Part shown: positions 1 to 6,541 of the stretch, piece by piece
How the letters are laid out: each line of letters starts with the position of its first letter
Position numbering within the stretch: position 1 is the first letter of the stretch
NCBI GenBank assembly: GCA_964625555.1
Contig: CAZVDM010000001.1
Coordinates: forward strand, 13,573 to 77,572
Reading direction: 5' to 3'
DNA length: 64,000 bases
Source of the DNA: an uncultured Chloracidobacterium sp.
Lineage (GTDB): Bacteria; Acidobacteriota; Blastocatellia; Pyrinomonadales; Pyrinomonadaceae
The notes under the pieces: model-generated
The model's database searches: none
The model's input: the letters and a program-made list of their open reading frames with translations, nothing else
What the model was told of the DNA's origin: nothing
Program-made: the position numbers and the translations under genes

Positions 1-2
1 TG

Positions 3-251
3 AAAGAAAGCTACGGCCACAACCGCATAGCCTTGCGTGCTACAGGCGGTGAAGCAGTGTTAAACGATAAAACGCTGGTCGAAAAAGTCATAGACCATGC
101 GGACGAAAAAGATATTGAGCTTGCAGGTGGAGCCGATCCGCAAAAACTGCTGGCGAAATTGGTCGTTGCTGGAGCCGTCATTTCCAAATTCGAGCAGGTC
201 GAGCCGAGCCTGAACGACATTTTTATTGAGCAGGTCAGCAAAACTGAATAA
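3..251 (+). CDS. ABC transporter ATP-binding protein, C-terminal part (5' end outside window)
   Basis: The frame is open from the window edge. The tail ...EPSLNDIFIEQVSK is typical of ABC-2/NatA-type ATPases. The TAA stop directly abuts the ATG of the ABC-2 permease at 252. Confidence 0.7.
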   Translation, partial: KESYGHNRIALRATGGEAVLNDKTLVEKVIDHADEKDIELAGGADPQKLLAKLVVAGAVISKFEQVEPSLNDIFIEQVSKTE

Positions 252-1607
252 ATGAGAAAATTCCTTGCTGTAGTAAAACACGAATATAAAAAGATCGTCT
301 ATAAATGGACGTTTCTGCTGGGCACACTTTTGTTTCCGTTGATCGGGATCGGATTTGCGGTAGTGCCGGCGATCATTTTTTCGATCAAGGGCGAAGCGAC
401 GCGGATCGTGGTCATCGACCAATCGAATAAGATCGCACCTCGGCTGAGAGAGAATCTATCGTCCGATCGCATTCAAGCAAAGGCACGACAGGCAGCAAAG
501 GAGCAGGTTGGCGATCTAAATGCCTCGCAGGAAGAAAAAATGAAGCGCGGTGCCGATCAGCTCGCGTCCGGATTTATCTTTGTCGAATATGACAGCACTG
601 GAAAATCGGCCGATCAGATCCGTCAGGAACTGAACGCCAAGGCCGCCGCTGACGAGATCGACGCGTATCTTGTCATTCCTTCCGATATAGGATCGAAAAA
701 GGCTGCGTTCGAGTTTCGTTCAAGAAAGGCCGGAGATTTTGTCGCAAACGACACGCTCAAGGACGCCCTGAACGAAGCCGTCCGTTCGCAGCGGCTCGCG
801 GACGCAAATATCAGTGAAACACTGCTCAAGGATCTCAGCCAAAATGTCACATTCGAGTCGAAGGCCATTAGCGAAAAGGGCGAGGAAAAGGATAGCGAAA
901 TGCTTTTTCTTGCGTCGCTTGTCATCGGAATGATGATCTACATCTCGCTGACGATATACGGCCAGGTCATAATGGGAGCGGTCGTTGAGGAAAAGGAAAC
1001 GCGGATCGCCGAGATACTTTTCTCTTCCGCCAGGCCGTTCGAGCTTCTCTTCGGCAAACTCGTCGGCGTTGGTTTGGCAGGCCTTACGCAGCTTGGTATA
1101 TGGGTGATCTCGCTAGCAGGAATGTTAGGGTTTTTGATCGCTCAAGGCGGTGGTGCCGGTGAGCTTCTGGGTTCCTTGCCGAGCATCACGCCGCTAATGG
1201 TCTTTTATTTTTTGATCTATTTTATCGTCGGATATTTCATTTATGCCTCGATATTTGCTTTGATCGGGGCAATGGTCACGACCGTGCAGGAAGGCGGGCA
1301 ATTCGCTTTTCCGCCGATAATGATAATGCTGATCGGTTTCTATTTTTGTTTTGCAGTGATCCGCGACCCGAACTCGGACCTGTCGTTCTGGGTCTCGATC
1401 GCACCGCTTTTCGCCCCGCTCACAATGCCTGTGCGAATACTCGCCGAGATGCCGCCATTCTGGCAGATAGCGCTTTCGATCGGGCTCAATGTACTGACGA
1501 TCGCCTTTCTTGTGTGGATCGCATCGCGAGTGTACCGCGTCGGCATGCTAATGTACGGCAAACGTGCAACTATCCCTGAAGTACTGAAGTGGATCAGGCA
1601 AGCGTAG
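252..1607 (+). CDS. ABC-2 type transporter permease (NatB-like)
   Basis: 451-aa ORF with an N-terminal TM helix, a long extracytoplasmic loop and a C-terminal bundle of about 5 TM helices. This is the ABC2_membrane_3 layout. The ORF is start/stop-coupled to the ATPase gene. Confidence 0.75.
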   Translation: MRKFLAVVKHEYKKIVYKWTFLLGTLLFPLIGIGFAVVPAIIFSIKGEATRIVVIDQSNKIAPRLRENLSSDRIQAKARQAAKEQVGDLNASQEEKMKRGADQLASGFIFVEYDSTGKSADQIRQELNAKAAADEIDAYLVIPSDIGSKKAAFEFRSRKAGDFVANDTLKDALNEAVRSQRLADANISETLLKDLSQNVTFESKAISEKGEEKDSEMLFLASLVIGMMIYISLTIYGQVIMGAVVEEKETRIAEILFSSARPFELLFGKLVGVGLAGLTQLGIWVISLAGMLGFLIAQGGGAGELLGSLPSITPLMVFYFLIYFIVGYFIYASIFALIGAMVTTVQEGGQFAFPPIMIMLIGFYFCFAVIRDPNSDLSFWVSIAPLFAPLTMPVRILAEMPPFWQIALSIGLNVLTIAFLVWIASRVYRVGMLMYGKRATIPEVLKWIRQA

Positions 1608-1641
1608 TCAGTTGTTAGTAGTCAGTTGTCAGTGGTCGGAG
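1607..1641. repeat. Tandem heptamer array (5 units)
   Basis: GTCAGTT GTTAGTA GTCAGTT GTCAGTG GTCGGAG lies between the permease stop and the next start codon. No inverted partner was seen. Confidence 0.6.
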
Positions 1642-1648
1642 ATTTGTT

Positions 1649-2461
1649 ATGAACAGGCTTTGGATCGTTTTAGTTGTCATGCTTTTCGTGTTCGGCTGCA
1701 AGTGGATCTCGGGGCCGGGGAAGAATGCTGAAGTCGCGAACAATGCCAACGTTCCCGCAGCGACGCCGGAACCGACGCCGGTAACGGTGACTCCGACGCC
1801 AACCGCAACGCCTTCTGAGGGAATGCCAAAGGGCGTGACTGTCGACAAGGTGATGAGCGTTAAGTTCGAGGGCGGCAAGTTTGCCGACGGATGGCGATGG
1901 ATCGATCCGGACGCCGAGTTCAGCCCGACGAAATACGAATTCAAAGACAACCGCCTGACGATGACGGTTCCGACGACCAAAGACCTCTATGGCGGCAACC
2001 GCACGGCACCGCGTCTGGTAAAGGCCTTGACCGGCGATTTTCAGCTCGAGGCGCGCATAAATTTTGTCCCCACCCGCGACTATCAAGGAGCCGGACTGCT
2101 GATCTATGTTGACGGTGATAATTACATTCGCCTCGAACGAGCATTTGGCGGGATCGGCGGAGGAGGCAGCGGCATTCGCCTCGACGCCCGCCGCAAAGAT
2201 AAGTACGAAGCGCTAACGACACCGATCGAGATCCCAACGATAACGACCAGCGTCAATCTAAAGATCACCCGACGGCTCAACATCTTCTCCGCATTTTGGC
2301 GCGAAGACGAAAGCTCAGAATGGCGTCTTATCGAAGACATCGAAACGGACTTCGGGAACACAGTACTCGCCGGAGTCGCGGCCTGCAACACTTCCGAAGA
2401 GATCGAGACGGAGTTCCAACAGATCAAAATATCGCCCCAGCCGCTTCAGCGGCCGTATTAG
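1649..2461 (+). CDS. Lipoprotein with a C-terminal beta-jelly-roll (DUF1349/ConA-like) domain
   Basis: Signal peptide ending LFVFGC (lipobox-like), then a Pro/Thr-rich linker. The ~200-aa beta-rich domain (GAGLLIYVDGDNYIRLE) resembles DUF1349/LamG-like folds; the family call is from memory only. Confidence 0.45.
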   Translation: MNRLWIVLVVMLFVFGCKWISGPGKNAEVANNANVPAATPEPTPVTVTPTPTATPSEGMPKGVTVDKVMSVKFEGGKFADGWRWIDPDAEFSPTKYEFKDNRLTMTVPTTKDLYGGNRTAPRLVKALTGDFQLEARINFVPTRDYQGAGLLIYVDGDNYIRLERAFGGIGGGGSGIRLDARRKDKYEALTTPIEIPTITTSVNLKITRRLNIFSAFWREDESSEWRLIEDIETDFGNTVLAGVAACNTSEEIETEFQQIKISPQPLQRPY

Positions 2462-2584
2462 CGAACATCGCGCGGAACTTCGACGTATCTTCATTTATGG
2501 TGAAACGTCTTGTGGTTTGCGGAAATTAGAGTTATTAATTAGGTACGCGAACGGACCGGTCACTTTTGGACAAGGAGAAAAATT

Positions 2585-2851
2585 ATGTTTGGAATCATTG
2601 GACAACTCATTGGTGGTTTGATCGTAGGTATCATCGCCAGGCTGATATTGCCAGGTAAAGAAGCGTTGCCTGAAGGGGCACTAGGGTGGCTGCTGACGGC
2701 AGTATTGGGTATTGCCGGAGCATTTGTCGGCGGATTTATAGCTAGATCTCTATGGGCAAGCGAGAATTATGCGGCCGGCTGGATTATGTCGATCCTCGGC
2801 GCGGTCTTACTTCTACTGCTCGTTAGGATGTTATTTGGTAAGAAGGCGTAG
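2585..2851 (+). CDS. GlsB/YeaQ/YmgE family stress-response membrane protein
   Basis: 88 aa with three Gly-rich TM helices. The N-terminus MFGIIGQLIGGLIVGIIARLILPGKE is characteristic of the transglycosylase-associated family. AAGGAG lies upstream. Confidence 0.85.
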   Translation: MFGIIGQLIGGLIVGIIARLILPGKEALPEGALGWLLTAVLGIAGAFVGGFIARSLWASENYAAGWIMSILGAVLLLLLVRMLFGKKA

Positions 2852-2862
2852 GAATCGATAGT

Positions 2863-2893
2863 CAGCGGTTCGGAATTTTACTCCGAACCGCTG
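2863..2893. terminator. Hairpin shared by two convergent genes
   Basis: CAGCGGTTCGGA-ATTTTAC-TCCGAACCGCTG forms a perfect 12-bp stem. It lies between the stop at 2851 (+) and the stop at 2903 (-). Confidence 0.65.
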
Positions 2894-2902
2894 ATTCTGA
2901 TT

Positions 2903-3049
2903 CTAGCCGCAACCTACGTGCCCGCAGTCGCAACTGATCTCGTCCAGATCCATTTCCGCGGCATCCGTGCAATGGTCGCTGCAGTATGCCGAATCTTCCC
3001 CGCTTGGGCAGCCGCATCCTTTGTGGCCGCATCTGTTTTCGTTATCCAT
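2903..3049 (-). CDS. Small Cys/His-rich protein, SmtA/BmtA-like metallothionein candidate (48 aa)
   Basis: The ORF is absent from the track because it is under 60 aa. It reads MDNENRCGHKGCGCPSGEDSAYCSDHCTDAAEMDLDEISCDCGHVGCG. AGGAGG at 3055-3060 lies 5 nt upstream of the ATG, and a terminator hairpin follows the stop. Confidence 0.6.
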   Translation of the reverse strand: MDNENRCGHKGCGCPSGEDSAYCSDHCTDAAEMDLDEISCDCGHVGCG

Positions 3050-3135
3050 AGGAACCTCCTTTTGCTTGTTGAGCAAGCATAGATTTACAGATGTCTGGAG
3101 CCGAGACTGTCTTCCAAGTCACACAGCGGTAAATT

Positions 3136-3729
3136 TCACTCCGCGATCTTGCGTTCGATCCGACGATCGGGGATGAGCCATATTGCGGCGACAATTGCGT
3201 ATAGAATGCCGGCGATGGCTTGATGGGCGAATGCCAGAGGTATCGCGGCGACGTAGCAGGCGATCGAGATCTTGCCCTTGAGATCACCGCCGATGGCGTT
3301 TGCCAATAGCTCGTTCTCGTGCGTGTCGTGTTTGACGATAGCCGTTTGCAGGATCGTGTACGCAACCGCACACATTAACAAAACTACGCCATACATTGAC
3401 GTCGGAAACGGTGCAAAGTGATTTTCGCCCATCCACCCCGTGACGAACGGCACGAGCGAGAGCCAAAACAGCAAGTGCATGTTCGCCCACAGCACTTTGC
3501 CGTTGACCTTTCGCGTTGCCTGGAGCATGTGGTGGTGGTTATTCCAGTAGATCCCAAGATAAATAAAGCTCAGTACATAAGCGACGAATATCCAGAACAG
3601 CGGCCTCAGTGCTTCGAGGTCCGTGCCGTGCGGTATCTTCAGCTCGAGGACCATGATCGTCATAATAATGGCGATAACGGCGTCCGAGAATGCTTCGAGT
3701 CGGGTCTTGTTCATAAGAGTTTTTGCCAC
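3136..3729 (-). CDS. TMEM175 family potassium channel (DUF1211)
   Basis: The N-terminal RLEAFSDAVIAIIMTIMVLEL matches the TMEM175 RxxxFSD signature helix. The protein has 6 TM helices in 197 aa. Confidence 0.85.
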   Translation of the reverse strand: MAKTLMNKTRLEAFSDAVIAIIMTIMVLELKIPHGTDLEALRPLFWIFVAYVLSFIYLGIYWNNHHHMLQATRKVNGKVLWANMHLLFWLSLVPFVTGWMGENHFAPFPTSMYGVVLLMCAVAYTILQTAIVKHDTHENELLANAIGGDLKGKISIACYVAAIPLAFAHQAIAGILYAIVAAIWLIPDRRIERKIAE

Positions 3730-3793
3730 GAATTACACGAATTGCACGAACAAGAAGGAAGAAACAATTATTTTTATTCGTGTAATTCGTGGC
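3725..3793. repeat. Hairpin of inverted 9-mer arrays (CACGAATTN units)
   Basis: Left arm GCCACGAATTACACGAAT(TGCACGAA) and right arm ATTCGTGTAATTCGTGGC form a perfect 18-bp inverted repeat. It overlaps the stop codon of the 3793-4194 gene and the start of the TMEM175 gene. Confidence 0.75.
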
Positions 3794-4194
3794 TAACTTG
3801 CCGGCGGCAATTCCATCTTCACCAGTCCGTCGAACGCTACATGATAGGCGACGCCCTTAATAGGGACGGTCATCTCTTCCTCTGTCTTGCCTTCAGAGTT
3901 GGCGATGCCAACGCTGGCAAAATAGCATGACGCGCCGTGTGCGTTAGCATGTTTAACGAGGTGTTCAAAGGTCTCCTGGTTTTCGATACGGCCGCGGCCG
4001 GGGTACATGGCCGTGCGAACAACGAAGAAGCCGATCTCGCCGTTTTTATGTGCAACGATCTGCGGTTCCTGCATACGATCGGCGTAGACATCGGCAGATT
4101 CGATTTCCCATTCGGCCTCGAGCAGCTGTTTATATACGATCTCGACGCCGAAAGCATGCACGTCGGATTCTTTCATCAATTCCGGTTCTGACAT
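3793..4194 (-). CDS. Hypothetical cytoplasmic protein
   Basis: 133-aa ORF with protein-like composition and no family recognised. Repeat hairpins flank it on both sides. Confidence 0.5.
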   Translation of the reverse strand: MSEPELMKESDVHAFGVEIVYKQLLEAEWEIESADVYADRMQEPQIVAHKNGEIGFFVVRTAMYPGRGRIENQETFEHLVKHANAHGASCYFASVGIANSEGKTEEEMTVPIKGVAYHVAFDGLVKMELPPAS

Positions 4195-4234
4195 TGAGAG
4201 TATTTTACTAGCCGCGAGTGGAATTCCAAAGACG

Positions 4235-4330
4235 GCGGAATAGAACGCGGATCAAGCGGATATGGCGGATCAAGGCGGATGTTAATATGAATTTCAGATC
4301 CGCGAAAATCCGCTCGATCCGCTTCATCCG
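4235..4330. repeat. Hairpin of inverted 9-mer arrays (GCGGATNNN units)
   Basis: The left arm is GCGGATCAA GCGGATATG GCGGATCAAG GCGGATGTT. The right arm is AGATCCGC GAAAATCCGC TCGATCCGC TTCATCCG, with about 4 units per arm. Confidence 0.75.
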
Positions 4331-4355
4331 AGTTCCATTCTGCTATATTACCCAA

Positions 4356-5309
4356 ATGGACATCAACGATATTAAAATCGCCGCCGAACGGATACGGCCT
4401 TACGTCAGGCGGACACATTTGGAATACAGCAACAGCCTGAGTAAACGCATCGGCGTGCATACGTCGGTCAAATTCGAGTTGTTCCAGAAGACCGGAGCGT
4501 TCAAGGCCCGCGGGGCGTTTAACAAACTGCTGACAATGTCAGACGCCGAGCGCGCCAAGGGCGTGGTCGCGGTCAGCGGGGGCAATCATGCGCAGGCGGT
4601 GGCGTATTCCTCGAGCGTCCTGGGTGTTGACGCGGTGATACTAATGCCCGCGAATACGCCGCAGGTCTATGTCGATGCTACGCGGGGTTATGGGGCGACG
4701 GTGGAATTGCAAGAGAATATTGGAGCCGCGTTTGAGAGGGTAAAGGATTTTGAGGCCGAGGGCCGAGTCTTTGTGCATCCGTTTGACGACGAAGTGATCA
4801 TCGCGGGGCAGGGAACCGTCGGGTTGGAGATACTCGAAGACGCTCCGGACACAACAGATATCATCCTCAGCATCGGCGGAGGCGGTTTGGCGGGCGGAGT
4901 TGCGGTGGCGGCGAAGTCCATTGATCCAAACATAAGAATGTGGGCAGTGGAAACGGAAGGAGCCGACGCGATGTCGCGTGCCGTTGCGGCTGGAAAGGTA
5001 GTCGAGATGGACGCCATCACATCGATCGCAAAGACGCTCGGAGCACCTTATGTTTCCGATCTCACGCTCGGGATGGTGCAGAAATACTACGAATCGGTCA
5101 CGGTCGTCACCGATGCCGAAGCTGTCGAAGCGATAGTCTTTATCGCCGAACGCCTCAAGGTCATAACCGAACCCGCCGCCGCCGTGACACTGGTCGCTGC
5201 CGAAAAGCTTCGTGCCAATTTCAACGAAGACAGTCGCGTCGTTCTCATCCTCTGCGGCGGAAACACCGGCGTCAGCGACCTGTGCAGCTATCTTCCGCTG
5301 CTGGGTTAA
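4356..5309 (+). CDS. Threonine/serine dehydratase (PLP-dependent, short catabolic-type form)
   Basis: Contains the PLP-lysine motif TGAFKARGA and the Gly loop GGGGLAGG. The start is set at MDINDIKIAAERI (4356) because the upstream part of the ORF only reads through the repeat element. Confidence 0.85.
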   Translation: MDINDIKIAAERIRPYVRRTHLEYSNSLSKRIGVHTSVKFELFQKTGAFKARGAFNKLLTMSDAERAKGVVAVSGGNHAQAVAYSSSVLGVDAVILMPANTPQVYVDATRGYGATVELQENIGAAFERVKDFEAEGRVFVHPFDDEVIIAGQGTVGLEILEDAPDTTDIILSIGGGGLAGGVAVAAKSIDPNIRMWAVETEGADAMSRAVAAGKVVEMDAITSIAKTLGAPYVSDLTLGMVQKYYESVTVVTDAEAVEAIVFIAERLKVITEPAAAVTLVAAEKLRANFNEDSRVVLILCGGNTGVSDLCSYLPLLG

Positions 5310-5395
5310 GGTCAGAATGACGTGCGTGAGAGGGTGGCGTGAACTTGCGTGTCGATCGAGGTCCAGGCCGCCCGCTTACGCAGGCGGTTCTGACC
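5310..5395. repeat. REP-doublet (REPIN-like) palindromic element, copy 1
   Basis: GGTCAGAATGACGTGCGTGAGAGGGTGGCG ... CCGCCCGCTTACGCAGGCGGTTCTGACC. The better-preserved right arm (CCGCCCGC-TTAC-GCAGGCGG) is itself a stem-loop. The element starts immediately after the dehydratase stop codon. Confidence 0.7.
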
Positions 5396-5404
5396 AGAAA
5401 CCGC

Positions 5405-5476
5405 AACGTCCTCATCCTCTGCGGCGGCAACACAGGCGTCAGCGATCTTTGCGGGTACTTGCCACTAGTTCAATAG
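5405..5476 (+). pseudogene. Orphan duplicate of the dehydratase 3' end (24 codons including the stop)
   Basis: NVLILCGGNTGVSDLCGYLPLVQ* compares with the gene end RVVLILCGGNTGVSDLCSYLPLLG* (5235-5309). The nucleotide similarity is obvious by eye over about 70 nt. Confidence 0.6.
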
Positions 5477-5535
5477 TGCGGCCGTTAACTGAGCGAAAAA
5501 GCTCATTGAAACCATTGGATCATCACTGTGCCATT

Positions 5536-5618
5536 GAAAACCCCGCGACCTACCTTGAAAACCCTGAGGTCTTGGCGAAAACCCCGCAACCTGCGGTGAA
5601 AACCGCCGGGGCTTGATT
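5536..5618. repeat. Four direct repeats with ~21-bp phasing (GAAAACC cores)
   Basis: GAAAACC begins at 5536, 5557, 5577 and 5598, giving spacings of 21, 20 and 21 nt. Confidence 0.6.
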
Positions 5619-5799
5619 AGGAAAAATTAGCTTTCATAATGATCGTTCCATTTAGCACTCTCTTATGATGGCGATTATAAACTGATGTCCTCTGAACGTC
5701 GACTACTCGCCAACAAAGGTGTCGAGTGCCTCGCGGACCGGCTTTTAGTTAGATGAGATCCGTTGTAATATATCCCGAAATCGATCACACGGTAAGCAT

Positions 5800-6534
5800 A
5801 TGGCAACAAATACTCAATTTGACTGGAGGCGTTCGGATCGCCGTGTATATGCGGCGGTCGCGGTGTTCTTTGTGTTAGTGGTCTTACTGGGATTCGGGCG
5901 GACCTACTATTTTAGGTTTGTGCTGGACGGTCCGGCGGTGCCGTCGATGCTCGTTCATTTGCATGGATTTGTAATGACGTTGTGGGTTGCTTTCTTTGTT
6001 TCGCAGGTATGGCTGATCCGCACAATGCGGGCTAAGGTCCATATGAATATGGGCATTCTCGGCATCGCCTTGGCAACTGTCGTCGTTGTGGTCGGGTTCT
6101 TTACCGGTGCGGCAGCCGCTAAGAATGGTTCGGCCGCGTCGCCTCCGGATATTCCGCCGCTGGCTTTTTTCATTGTGCCGTTCTTCGACATCGTATTGTT
6201 TGCGGCTTTCTTTGCAGCGGCGATCTACTACCGCAAACGGCTCGCGGATCACAAGAGGTTGATGCTGCTAACGGTGATCAACTTTCTGCCTCCCGCGGTG
6301 GCTCGGATCCCAATTCCGGCTCTTCAAGCTTTCGGCCCCTTATTCTTCTTTGGTATCCCAACACTTTTGGCGCTCGGATTTATCATCTACGACACAGTTA
6401 GGAACGGTAAGCTCAATAAGCCGTTTGCGATCGGTGCTGCCATATTGATCGCATCATATCCGCTGCGGTTGATGGCTTCAGAGACGAGTGCGTGGATGAG
6501 TTTCGCCGCGTGGATAACAAGTTGGGCAGCCTGA
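5800..6534 (+). CDS. Polytopic membrane protein of unknown function
   Basis: 244 aa with about 7 predicted TM helices. No family was recognised. Confidence 0.55.
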   Translation: MATNTQFDWRRSDRRVYAAVAVFFVLVVLLGFGRTYYFRFVLDGPAVPSMLVHLHGFVMTLWVAFFVSQVWLIRTMRAKVHMNMGILGIALATVVVVVGFFTGAAAAKNGSAASPPDIPPLAFFIVPFFDIVLFAAFFAAAIYYRKRLADHKRLMLLTVINFLPPAVARIPIPALQAFGPLFFFGIPTLLALGFIIYDTVRNGKLNKPFAIGAAILIASYPLRLMASETSAWMSFAAWITSWAA

Positions 6535-6541
6535 GTCACTT

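Noticed and set aside
5212-5616. 134-aa ORF downstream of the dehydratase gene
   Set aside because: It merely reads through the REPIN-like element (translated ...RPPAYAGGSD...), the duplicated gene end and the 21-bp repeats.
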